NCBI GenBank assembly: GCA_903813345.2
Contig: CAIIXF020000001.1
Location: 19,592,001 to 19,656,000, forward strand
Source of the DNA: Owenia fusiformis
Lineage: Eukaryota
Direction of reading: 5' to 3'
DNA: 64,000 bases
The stretch's first letter is position 1. Each line of letters opens with the position of its first letter. The notes beneath the pieces are model-generated. The model was not told the DNA's origin, did not search any database, and saw only the letters and a program-made list of their open reading frames with translations. The translations under genes were made by a program, and so were the position numbers. Of the stretch, positions 13,777 to 26,169 are shown piece by piece.

Positions 13777-14284
13777 TGAAAGTGTTCAGGGAAGCACTGT
13801 TGAGTTGAAGGGCTGATAAATTCCTTTCTATTAGCTAATTGAGCTTATGTATCAGTAGCAACAGGATAGACGTAGAAATGTCTATAGAAATATGGTTCCT
13901 TTGGGAGATATTGCTGTGGTATAACCAATATCATTCCCTTTACCTTCAACTAGGGGCTACTTAGCAAAGGATAAACCATTCCTATTCTCGTATAAATATT
14001 CAAATCAATTTTCATAAACGTGAGTGCCTTTTTGCATTCTGAGTTCTTAGAAACCGCATATTTGAATCAAAATGACATGCATGAAACTCACCTAAATATC
14101 TCAAAAAAAGAATGGCATAAAAATTAATGCTAGCTCTAAATCAAAGCATATTATTAGTGCCTTAGATCACATTAAGTGGATAACAAGTCAAATCGAGCAA
14201 GCTTCTAGAGCAAAAGACAATTTATTGCTTTTTTACATGTAGAGTTGTGATGGCATCGCTTTAGCATATCCTAGTCAACTCAGG

Positions 14285-14713
14285 CTTGACGTATTACAGT
14301 GACGTATTTAACAAATCTGCTTGTTAAAATAATTTCATGTTTCCTTATTTGGCTTCAGGTTGAACTGATATCGTTTGCTTGGAAGTGTCATGCTCTGCAA
14401 AAAGGTGAAAGAGGCAATCCATTGACGACACGTCGTGCTGGTACAACCATGCGGGAAAGCCATAAAGGAATGGACGTCCTCTGAGAAAATAAACAGTTGT
14501 AGAGCTGATCTGAATCTGAAGAATGGATCTCTCGTGATTTCTCATATACTGATATATCATTGGATGTGTTAAATACATTGGATGAGTAGGGATTTTAACA
14601 AAAAGAATCAGTGTATTAAATATTTGGATTAAAAAACAAACAATTTACCACATTATTTAAACTGATGCATATATCGGATGATATTTTGTGTGCCACTGTT
14701 TTCAAGGTCAGCT
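14285..14713 (+). promoter_or_regulatory. Possible promoter and non-coding 5' exon upstream of the 20382 acceptor
   Basis: Two TGACGTAT CRE-like sites (about 14287 and 14300), a locally CpG-richer stretch, and a consensus donor GCT|gtaagt at 14713/14714. No transcript evidence. Confidence 0.25.
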
Positions 14714-16511
14714 GTAAGTATAGAATCCTAATCTGTGATAATTAGCAGTTCACACTGCATGTAAATACATATATTTTGTAAATATGTATATTTTAATGAC
14801 ATTTTGAAACCAGCATTGGGCATTTCCAGAGAAACGCAGGGTGCATAATATATACAATTTCATAGATTTTTGCACAAATTTTGAATGACATATCAACATT
14901 AATACAAAGCTCGTAATCATACACCTAAATGTATTTTACCTACATGTAATTGTATTTACCTGAATTTCACATACAAGCAAATATATTTTACATATGTAAA
15001 TGTACATGCATATACACTTGGAAATACCCAGATGTACACTGTACTTTTGTACATGGCATCTTACAACATCCGTCCAAACAAATGTATTTTTTTTTTATTT
15101 ATTACAGTATTTTTGGAAGCCATTCCATTTATAAGTTGACTTGATTTGTATAATTTTGAGTCACAAGTTACAAAATTACACTTATGTATTATAGCAATTT
15201 TGTGATTTATGTTAAAATCCAAAAACAGATGTGTTTTAAGCATTTTGAAACTTATTCTTCTGTAAGAATTATTTTACATAATACAAGTAAGGTATTTTAG
15301 ACTGTTATATACAGATATTTTATTTTTGTTTATTTGGGCCCCAAGTGCATTCTGTGGTTCATTTCTATGTATTTAACTTAACGAGTCATTTCCAAATGTT
15401 CTATCAGTATATATTGAAGATTAATGCCAACTTAATGCTTAAATTGGCTCAGAATCACCAGGGAACATTTGACATCCATATTTATACATCACCCAATATC
15501 AAGTTTCCAAAAACAATTGCAAACACCCCAGAAAGTCAAACACCTCTGAAAGTCAGGCAAGTCCTACACCTCAATATGTCAAACCCTGTGTAAACCAAGT
15601 ACAAATATCTTTCCCAAACAAACACATCTGGAACAAAAACACCTCAAATACCTTTACATTACAAGGTGAACTGAAATTGTTTAAAATGTTCAATAATTTA
15701 GATGGGGTATGCTATAAGGACGCATCATGCTAACAACACATTAATCATTGGCTTGGAGAAAATGTCATTGTTGCATTATAATTATAGTAATTTGTCTTAC
15801 TGAATCATATTGGCATTATTATGGTATCCTGGATTATGACATTAACAATGTGTATGTAGGTGATATACCTGTGACATTCAAAAAATTACATAGTTTATAA
15901 AAAAGTAATTTCTTGGCCTTTAGAAACATTCATTACTTATTTAATGAAGTGTTCCCTACGCTCAATGAATAATAGTTTTTCCTCATTCAGTCTTAAGCAC
16001 AGATTCAATATATAGCTCAGTGTTAGCGGATCCTCCATTTATTCACAGAGATTAGTTTAGTGACATTTTATTGCTTTGCACCAGACTGTTCCTGCTTACA
16101 AAGTTTTTGGTTTTATGACATTCTTGCTATGCATCATATTCTTATGCCAAGCAAAGATTATTCAAGTTGAAATCATGATTTTTAGCATCACATATTCAAT
16201 TGTAAATTGGTTTATTTATTTTTTACTGGATTAGACATTTTTGGGTAAATGCAAAACCCTGATGCCAGTACATAGTTACCAGTTTCACCACCAGGTGGCT
16301 TATTTGGGTCAGATAACATTACAGGTATAGTTGAAAGGTCCCTTAAACTTGAATATTCATCAGTTTAAGTGGATCGGTTTTCATATTACCTGTCTTATGT
16401 GTCTGATAATTATTCAAATGAAAATATATCCAGTAAAAGAAAATACTGTCTTTTCAACACTTTTCGTGATTTTAAAAGATGGGGGTCTATGTTATAGACC
16501 TACATGTAGGA

Positions 16512-16954
16512 GTCACACTTCAAAGAAACACACATTCCTAAGGTCACATTTCAAAGAAACACACATTCCTAAGGTCACATTTCAAAGAAACACACATTCC
16601 TAAGGTCACATTTCAAAGAAACACACATTCCTAAGGTCACATTTCAAAGAAACACACATTCCTAAGGTCACATTTCAAAGAAACACACATTCCTAAGGTC
16701 ACATTTCAAAGAAACACACATTCCTAAGGTCACATTTCAAAGAAACACACATTCCTAAGGTCACATTTCAAAGAAACACACATTCCTAAGGTCACATTTC
16801 AAAGAAACACACATTCCTTAGGTCACATTTCAAAGAAACACACATTCCTAAGGTCACATTTCAAAGAAACACACATTCCTAAGGTCACATTTCAAAGAAA
16901 CACACATTCCTAAGGTCACATTTCAAAGAAACACACATTCCTAAGGTCACATTT
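16512..16954. repeat. 31-bp minisatellite, ~14 copies
   Basis: Unit CACATTTCAAAGAAACACACATTCCTAAGGT, almost invariant. Confidence 0.97.
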
Positions 16955-17669
16955 ACTTCTGAATTATTCAATATTGTGGTTTGATTTCCTTCCAAATGCC
17001 TTGTGGAAATCGGAAATCTTGTTTTCTCCATTTCCAATATTTCATAGTATTTATAATTAGTTATTGTATTTTAGCTCGTCCTTCGTGATGTGTGATGAAA
17101 TTATTATTTGTTTTTTAAGCTGATGTCATATTTCATTGAATCTTGGGTTCTTCTATCTTTTCTCTTTCTCCCATGAATTTAATTTATAGTTGTTACATCC
17201 CATTTTGGACTTGTTTTCAGCCCATCCTATATATTTACATAGCCTCGTATCCAGCCCCTGTATCTCATCATTCTTTGAATTGGAAAATAGATATAAGAGG
17301 AAGGGGAACTAGTGACTGGATGCAAAACTACCTTCCATAACTCAAGAGTATTTTTCCAATACTATACTGTGCTGTCTCGATCAATGGATCATCCTCTTAG
17401 GGGCTGAATTATAACAACAGTCAGCTCTAATACAGAACTTATATTTTATATTTGATGTAAGAGCTTTAATATTTCCAAATTAACGTCGTTATTGTGGAGT
17501 TAGGCTATTTTCCATCTGGAACAGAATTCCTATGGGCGTTCATTAAGGAGAAATGGTATTTAAAAAAATGTCACGGTATTCTCAACTCGTACAATGTGAA
17601 TGAGGCATTGTGTCTTGTTCACACTGAATTCTAAATGTAATAAATTGATTTAGTTTAGTGGGATGAGTG

Positions 17670-17827
17670 CACTGGCAAAAAAAGTTGTAGGGCCTCAATT
17701 AGTAGGTCTTTTTGGGCATTACTTGGTCTTTTTTGGGCCTCTGTAGGCCAAATTATCAAAAATTGGCTTCAAATGTTTTCCAGGTTTGAAATTTGGGCCA
17801 CCTTGTTAGCTTCTGGATCCACCAGTG
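17670..17827. mobile_element. Degenerate hAT-like MITE related to 54044-54221
   Basis: CACTGG ... GGATCCACCAGTG termini, GGTCTTTTTTGGGCC internal motifs, flanks GAGTG / GAGTA. Confidence 0.5.
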
Positions 17828-17832
17828 GAGTA

Positions 17833-17986
17833 TATTCTTGCTTCAAGACCCCTGGTCCCCCCCTTATGTACTTCAACAACAGTGTCTTGTAATCACTGCC
17901 TAGCCAGAGATGCCCCCCCCTGGATCACCAAATCTGTTGTTGAAGTTGAAGCAGGGGTAGGGGATTCAGGATCTTGATCAAGACTA
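17833..17986. mobile_element. Short TIR element
   Basis: TATTCTTGCTTCAAGACCCCTGG ... CAGGATCTTGATCAAGACTA termini; a related end CAGGGTCTTGAAGCAAGACTA occurs at about 19261-19281. Confidence 0.5.
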
Positions 17987-19424
17987 GGATGAGTAGTAAA
18001 AGTTTGCTTGATTTACTTGAATATGGGAGAATCATATTAAATTGGTTCTATTTCAAGAGTTTGCAATTCCAATATGTTTCATTGACAAGGTCAGTTGGAT
18101 GATCTAACAGGATGTGTATGGTTTAGTTATAAACCTTTGAGACAACCCCTTCCAAAGGAAAAGTACATTTACTGGAATAAAGCCAGTGTTGCTCATGTGC
18201 TCCACATCTTCGCATGCTCGGTCTTCACTGAGACTGATGGGAGCTGAGTGAACGAAGATGAGTGCTACAACCATCTTAACTCAAAATATGAGAAAAGGTA
18301 TAGAAACTGAGATTTGATCCTAGTACAGTATGGTTTGTCTCGTACACCACTCTTATGCAAAATTGCTTCATCTCAGACTACATTTCCTGTCGTTTGAGAT
18401 CACTGCATTCGATCAGTTTCTTCCAAGTAATTATGGTTCAAGTATCAGAATGAGATTTTCTAACTAATCAGATATTTAAACAGCTCAATCTGATGTCCGT
18501 TCTAATGAATTAAACAGGACAGTACATTCCCTTCCTAAAATACATGGATCAGTACCTAGTATTTCTCTACAATTTCAGATATACAATGCATTTTCTTCTT
18601 TTATGTTATCCCTAGTCTGGCTCTTGGCTAGTTCTCCTTTGTTTCTCTGTTGAAAAGATGGGAAGGCATGGATGCCTCGAGGATTCTGTCAGGGTAATGA
18701 GAGCAATGGTTCAAAAGACAATGATGGATTCTTGGCTCTATTAACTGTCCAGGTTTCGCATTTGTAACACTCAGTTGTACATTTCTTTATTATGTACATA
18801 CTAATAGAGAGTCTGTCTGCATTAAGAGGACATTTTATAACTTGGATTCAAAACTACTGATTCTTCTGGGATCAAGGAATCTGAAGCATTTACACTTACA
18901 ACAATGTTGTATCAATATATCACACTTCTGGTGTTTTAAAGAAATGTGCAACTACACTGTATGTGTGTTAAATTATCAACATGAAATTAATGCCAAAAGA
19001 ATGATGCTATTCCGTATTGTTTTGGGTTCTATTTTCAAGTAAAGCATTCCTATTGTGACATTCACTCAGCATCTACTGATCAAAATTATTTGTTTTCAAA
19101 ATATATCTATTGGGTGATTTAAAATATGCAAAATTCCAATTTTGGAATAATGTGACTTCTCTAAATCCCAAAGGCATATGTATAAGTACTCCATTATTTG
19201 CTCTATTGAAAGCTCTCTATATAACAACAATTGTTGCAGTTGATAAGGGAGAGGGGCGACCAGGGTCTTGAAGCAAGACTATCTATAACACAAACAAGAA
19301 AGATTCCACCAATGAAAGTTATAGTTTTTCCATGATTTGAGGGTTTCATTTATGGGGTCATGCTATATGATGTTGACATTGACATACAGATGAATATATG
19401 ATTGCAAACAAGGACATAAACTAA

Positions 19425-19585
19425 AATAAGGTGAGGCAAAAAATAAGAGGTGAGGCAAAATAAGAGATGAGGCAAAATAAGAGGTGAGGCTAAATAACAG
19501 ATGAGGCAAAAATATGAGGTGAGGCAAAAAATAAGAGGTGAGGCAAAATAAGAGGTGAGGCAAAAAATAATAGGTGAGGCAAATT
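19425..19585. repeat. 18-20-bp degenerate tandem repeat
   Basis: GAGGTGAGGCAAAA(AA)TAA about 8 times; inverted TGCCTC motifs at about 19705-19720 suggest a MITE end. Confidence 0.85.
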
Positions 19586-20502
19586 TAGGTTAAAGAGGCA
19601 CCTAGTAGCTATATATTACCACAATCAGACTTTATTTCCAAAGTTTTAATTTTATTTTAAAAATTGTCTGAAAAATAATTTTTTTCATATTTTGGTGAGG
19701 CAGTTGCCTCGCCTGCCTCATGACTGGATACGAACATAACAAAAGTTCTGATGTTAATCACAGCAGTCTTCTAACATGTCTGATTAGCTTTTATAAATGG
19801 AAAAACCCTGAATGTCATTTGTTCTTAATGAGTGTCTCATATCCAAGGTCAGATTGAATTTGTTGAATAGCATTGCAATTATTGCACTTCAAAGAATGTC
19901 AATCGCTCAATAAAAAAAACTGTACAAGTGTGAAATCCAGAGACATTCTAAATAACAACCTGTTCAGTGATCCAAATTGGCTTTTCTTTCAAGATGTTAC
20001 TTTCATAGAATCTTCACTAGAAGATCAACGGATGAAGTGACTTACTTGGCACTCAAGACTCTCTGAAGAGTTAATTGAAATATCCTGGGTGTAAGATCCA
20101 TCTAGGGGTCGCCTGGAAATATTGACGTTTCTCTCACTATATCATCTATTCTTAGAAAGTGTGTTCATGTGGAAAATTTCAGGAAATTTCAACCTCCGAT
20201 ATCTCAATTCCAAGAATTAAGACCCGTGTAAAGATGAAGAATGATGTCTGAGTTTTAAGCTGATTTTTGTATTGTTAAATGCTTGTTGTAGATATAACCC
20301 CTAGATTGTAATAAAATTGTATGCTCAAGTATAATCAATCTTTAACTTTAACCCATGTTCTCATTTTGTTTTCAATTTCAGGCAAGTTAAAATAAAATCA
20401 CAATTCGACCAGCAAATGGACAATCAGTTAAACACTCCAGAATTGCTTCTCACACGATGGACTAAAATATTGGGCTAGAGGGAGCGTTTAGCTAAAAGTT
20501 AA

Positions 20503-20766
20503 ATGGACTTTAGACGTGCAACAATTTGTTCAAGGTTTGTGGATTGCTTCAGAGGCAGAGAAAGCATGGCGACTGCTATGGAACGGGAATTTTCAGAATC
20601 GCAAGAGGAAATTTTACAAATCATTATCGATGAACATCTTAGTTTCACGCAAGAGATGCGTGAGAACCCAGATGGCCCCCTACAACCCCCGCTGCAACTC
20701 AGCAAGGAGTTACGCGAGAAAATGGAAAAGATTCGATTGGCAGAACTTGCTGAAGAACACATGATG
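20503..20766 (+). CDS. Probable alternative first coding exon (88 aa, acidic/helical); the exon likely starts at 20382 with 5' UTR
   Basis: Strong acceptor tcattttgttttcaatttcag| at 20381. ATG at 20503 (or 20566) after in-frame TAA at 20500. Higher GC and protein-like composition (MATAMEREFSESQEEILQIIIDEH...LSKELREKMEKIRLAELAEEHMM). Donor ATG|gtaaca at 20766/20767, phase 0, followed by T-rich intron-like sequence. Confidence 0.65.
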
Positions 20767-21668
20767 GTAACATATCATCTCTGTATAAGTTTCTTGTTTC
20801 ATTGTTATTTTTGTTTATTGTTGTTTATTTTTATTTCTGTTGAGAGTGATAGCATTGTAGGTTCACTATACCACACCGACATCTATAAGTGATAAAAATG
20901 TGAAATTCTTATTATTTAACACTGATCATTTTAGGTTACTTTATTCACACAAAGCCATCTTTAGAGACGGGTTTGTGCAAATAAAGTAAATTTTAGGTGT
21001 TCTTAAACCCATTGCTGAAAATGTGTGCTCAAATCATTTGACATTCAATTTAATTTATTTCATAATTATCTTATACAATACACACTATAAAATCAGGCCA
21101 CTAGATGTCCAGCGGCATATATGTTGCAGTGTAACAGAAATTGATTTTAACTAAATCTAGGCTCCATTTGAAAGAAAGCACTCAATCTCCCTAAATTAGC
21201 ACTTTGTTATTTGCTCTGGGCTCTACCAGATAATATGCCTCACTCTCAGTAGGTTTATATCTGCATATGAAAACTGCTCATCCATGGATATGTGTCTCTT
21301 GCTTACAAAGATGGCATTCATAGTATTTTCATTGGAAGTGACACTGCCATCTATTTAACAGTATCTTGTATGAACCACTTTTAATTTTCATCAGTTTCGA
21401 CCCAGAAAGCTCTCATTAATCTAAAAATGGCCATTTATAAAGAATTGAAGATGAACTTGAAATTGTTAGCCTTTTTTGCTCCAGAGCCCCTCTACTTTAG
21501 ATTAAAAAAGCACATTCACCTCACTAAACAAAGCTGAGCCCATGGCAAAGTTACACACATTTTTTATTGATTCAATATCTTGTGTTCCAGCTATTTATAG
21601 TCAGTAGTAGATTCTGATTCGGAAAATTTGTTGATTAATTTCAGTTAAACATTGAATTCGAACACCTC

Positions 21669-21949
21669 CATGGGCGTAGCCAGGGGGGGGTGCGATGGGT
21701 GCGATCGCACCCCCCCCCATAACCTTTGAAAATATGACCATTGGATAGAGGTAGAAAAGAGCTTTAAAATGCTTTTTATTTGAAGCTTCTAGCTCAATTT
21801 TGAAGGAATTTGCATCAATTTTTGTAAAATTCAAAAGAAATCTTAATTTTTTGTGTTGCTTATGGCAAAATCGCACCCCCCCCCTGACCGAAAACTGAAA
21901 AATTTTTGGCGATCGCACCCCCCCTGACTGAAAGCTGGCTACGCCCCTG
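21669..21949. mobile_element. hAT-like MITE with 5-bp TSD
   Basis: TIRs CATGGGCGTAGCCAG / CTGGCTACGCCCCTG, repeated ATCGCACCCCCCC subterminal motifs, and ACCTC direct repeats at 21664-68 and 21950-54. Confidence 0.8.
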
Positions 21950-23564
21950 ACCTCTCTGCAGAAAATGCCTCAAATATGAACACTTTTTCATTTGCTGTAT
22001 TCTCAGGGTTTTATTTATAACAGAGTTTTATTTATATTTTATTTATAACAAAGTTTAGATGTGGTTTCATTAAGGTTGTCTCAACATGAACAAATCACAG
22101 AGATGGGTTCATTTTGAGAAGGAGGGTGATGGTTATTAAATAAAAATTATTCACATTTTTGACATATGTTGATTTATTGCCTCACCCCTAAGGGACACCC
22201 ATGATTACATAGAAATGCTCATTTAACCCCATCCATATATCATTTGATGTCTCCACAAGGAGAATATTTATGTTAGCAAGATCTAATTATTAGTTAATCT
22301 TATTTTGGCTGGTATCTATAGTTATTCAGTTGTTTAATGTCAACATTCCCTTCCAATATATTAACTAATCTGTTGACTCTCTCCATTGATATCGTATTTA
22401 TTTATTTTTTCTTTGTGTTAATGATTATTTTAGGGTATTTATGAAGGATCGTTTGATATTCGGTAATTGTTCTGCTTGTTTATAATTGCATGTACATTTG
22501 TTGTTTTTCTAAGGGCAAACATAAAAAAGATAAATTTGAGGGTAACTTTTGGAAACATTTGATGTTGAGGCATAGGAGGCCATAGGAGAGTAGGAGATTG
22601 AATTATTAAAACATGTATTATCTTCAAGAATGAACGACAGGATTTTTTATTTTAAGAACATGAAAATATAGGTCATGGACTTCATTTTTTACTATATCTG
22701 TAGTACTCTTTAAAATGATGGTTGGCCTTTTTATACTATTATGTCACAGCATGCATTTAATTACCCTTTCATACCCTCAATTGCAAAATTTTCATCACCA
22801 AACAACAGAAACAAGATTTATTTTGTCATATGAGTTTTAATCAATAAACAAGATTACTATATAATGCTCAAGCCATGAGACATGCAGTTCAAGTTTTGAC
22901 TCACCCAGGAGCAGAGAGAAATTTAGTGTCGGTAACACCAAAAAATAAACGCAAAATGACCAAACTTAATGCAAATCAAAATGAATAGCTGTCTGTAGAA
23001 CACCACATTAACACAAGGGGTTCAGGTGGTACCATTTTGTTCTGTAAATAATTGTTTTTCCTTTGCTGGCACTATAAGTACCTTTATTGCTTACATTTGT
23101 TACTTTTATATTTGTATTTAATTAGTAACTGCTAGTATATCATCATAACTACTTCACATTAGAGTATAAATCGTCATATTCAACCACATAGAACTTACAA
23201 GCTTTGGGGCATCTCGACTCATAAGTAATATTTATGGATATGTCTGCGTGTCTAGTAACTGTAACATTTCCTAAATGCATTTTATGGATTATATTTGTAT
23301 GGGTATTAGGCACTGTAATTGTATAATGTTAGATTAGCTACGCTGCAGAACATTGAAGGTCACTACCCCTCTGTTCATATTCATATACTGTATAACTTTC
23401 GAAGGAATCATCTGTGTTTTCTGTATTTGCACTTTCCCAATTTTCGTATCATTTTTATGCCACCACCAAAAGTGACATTTGAGTATTAAAGTCTCCAATA
23501 TATTTAATTTGTGATACCTGAAGTAATCATCTGTATTTTCTGTATGAACTTTCTCTATCTTCTT

Positions 23565-23745
23565 GTTATTTTTATGTCACCACCACAGGTGACATTTGAG
23601 TGTTTTAGTCTCCAACTTGTGGTCGGTATTCAGTGGTTTGTATTCAGCATTTGGCATTCAGTGGTTGGTATTTGGTGGTCAGCTCTCAGTGGTCGGTGTC
23701 TGTAACAAATAGCAGGTAGTGACAATTTGCATGTTAATGTCTTGT
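23565..23745 (+). repeat. Dispersed repeat family (ttttatgtcaccacca ... tgtaacaaatggcagg ... tttgcatgttaatg)
   Basis: Related fragments at 3585-3690 (minus), 8430-8510, 12690-12830, 39875-39972 and 43535-43682. Confidence 0.6.
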
Positions 23746-25358
23746 CTTAAACTTGCTAGTCACCAGACACAATTACATACAGTATGTTGATAAGGGTATC
23801 GTTCAGATTGGCCTTTTGTGGGTTACTGCACCTACCAAATTGCTAAAAATGAGGGAATTTAACTTCTGAGGCACATTAAATTGTATATGTATGATGTACC
23901 ATCAAAATACCCTTGGTCTTAGATGAATTTAGTGAAAGTTATAATCCACCAATTTTGAATTTTTTATGATCCGTTTTGCACTGTATCAAATTGAAAATGA
24001 AGGAAATCACTGTCAAAAGATGGATACATTGAACTAGGTTTTTATATTCAATAAATGATGTACAATGTATATGTTTTAGATATCAAGAATGTATTATACT
24101 TTGTAATACCAACAATATCATAATAATGAATGATTAAGCATTCCAGAGAATTCAGTAAATCTTAATTGTAGCAAAGCATGTGTTTACTCAAACTACAAAG
24201 AAAAAATTCAAAGAAGCTTGATTTCTTTTGTTCTTTCAAGTGGTTGTAAAAGTGTTTTAGCCATACAACCTAGATATGAAATGATATTTGTTACAATAAT
24301 GTATTTGATGCGACAGATTCTGGTGCTTTGTCATGAACCATTGTATACTCAAGTTCTGTGATGAGAATTTCCATGTCATAATTACCAATAGTTGTTGAAA
24401 TGGTATCATTTTTCACATTTAATATGGATATTTACAGAGTATGGTAGGATTTCAAAATTAAACTATTTTAATTATGTTGAAATATCATTTCCTCAATTTT
24501 TTGTTTTTTAACTTTTTGTGAAAGTGTGGAGCTATCTTAAAAAGTGTTTCTGAAGGTTTATGTTCCTCATTTATTTCGCATGGAATTTCTCATTTTGCCA
24601 ATAAACCCAGACAATGAGGGTTTCAACTACATAAAAAGAATCCTAAAATACCCATGAATTTGTTGAGCTATGCTCTTTTGTCCAACCCATAAAGTACCAA
24701 ATCGTAGTCCAATAGATGGGCATAACGTAAGATTCCATGTCATGGTATTGGATAACCTTGGCCTACCTCCTATCTAACATCAATAGAACATATTTGGTTT
24801 CTAAAATAGAATGTAACAAAATAATTTCCTTTGTGGAGTCCTATTTCTGGAAATGCAATTGATCAAATCTTCTTGTTAAAATAAATCAGCAATCCCAAGA
24901 GTTCTCAAATATTAACTTCTTGTTAATTATACCAGAGTTTCTATAAACAATTTCACAGGAGTGTTTGATTGCTTTGTATTGGGAGTAAACTCATAGAGTC
25001 CATTCTTTATATTCTTAACTCACTTTTTCTTTTCTTCCATATGATGAGAAAACATATGGTTACCATGGCAATATATTTACAGGAATTCAGCCTAATCAAT
25101 AGTACCCAATGGTGACTTAATCTGTTTCTAATCAGATACGTCTAAGCATATGGAGAGACTTTCCCAGTAGTTATCTTTATAGCAATTAACCTAATACCAT
25201 TGAAGCTTTAATTGATATTCTTTGGTGCAAAATAAGATATTGGATGGGCGTAATGAATAATTAATCCAGAATATTTATGTGATCTTCTACCTGGCAATCT
25301 ATAAGGTCATAGACAGGTGTCATTTTCAGGTATGGCTGACAAGCATGAAATGTGAGAA

Positions 25359-26169
25359 GCTATTGTAAATGTTGTTCAAAATGGTGTGGTTATTGAGGAT
25401 GCTATTGTAAATGTTGTTCAAAATGGTGTGGTTATTGAGGATGCTATTGTAAATGTTGTTCAAAATGGTGTGGTTATTGAATATGCTATTCTAAATGTTG
25501 TTCAAAATGGCGTGGTTATTGAGGATGCTATTGTAAATGTTGTTCACAATGGTATGGTTATTGAGGATGCTATTGTAAATGTTGTTCAAAATGGTGTGGT
25601 TATTGAGGATGCTATTGTAAATGTTGTTCAAAATGGTATGGTTATTGAGGATGCTATTGTAAATGTTGTTCAAAATGGTGTGGTTATTGAGGATGCTATT
25701 GTAAATGTTGTTCAAAATGGTGTGGTTATTGAGGATGCTATTGTAAATGTTGTTCAAAATGGTATGGTTATTGAGGATGCTATTGTAAATGTTGTTCAAA
25801 ATGGTGTGGTTATTGAGGATGCTATTGTAAATGTTGTTCACAATGGTATGGTTATTGAGGATGCTATTGTAAATGTTGTTCAAAATGGTGTGGTTATTGA
25901 GGATGCTATTGTAAATGTTGTTCAAAATGGCGTGGTTATTGAGGATGCTATTGTAAATGTTGTTCAAAATGGTATGGTTATTGAGGATGCTATTGTAAAT
26001 GTTGTTCAAAATGGTGTGGTTATTGAGGATGCTATTGTAAATGTTGTTCAAAATGGTGTGGTTATTGAGGATGCTATTGTAAATGTTGTTCACAATGGTA
26101 TGGTTATTGAGGATGCTATTGTAAATGTTGTTCACAATGGTATGGTTATTGAGGATGCTTTTGTAAATG
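25359..26169. repeat. 42-bp minisatellite, ~19 copies
   Basis: Unit GCTATTGTAAATGTTGTTCAAAATGGTGTGGTTATTGAGGAT. Confidence 0.97.

Noticed and set aside
20767-20892. Hydrophobic C-terminal tail of ORF 20503-20892 as a transmembrane segment
   Set aside because: It is T-rich sequence after a GT donor and is most likely intron read-through.
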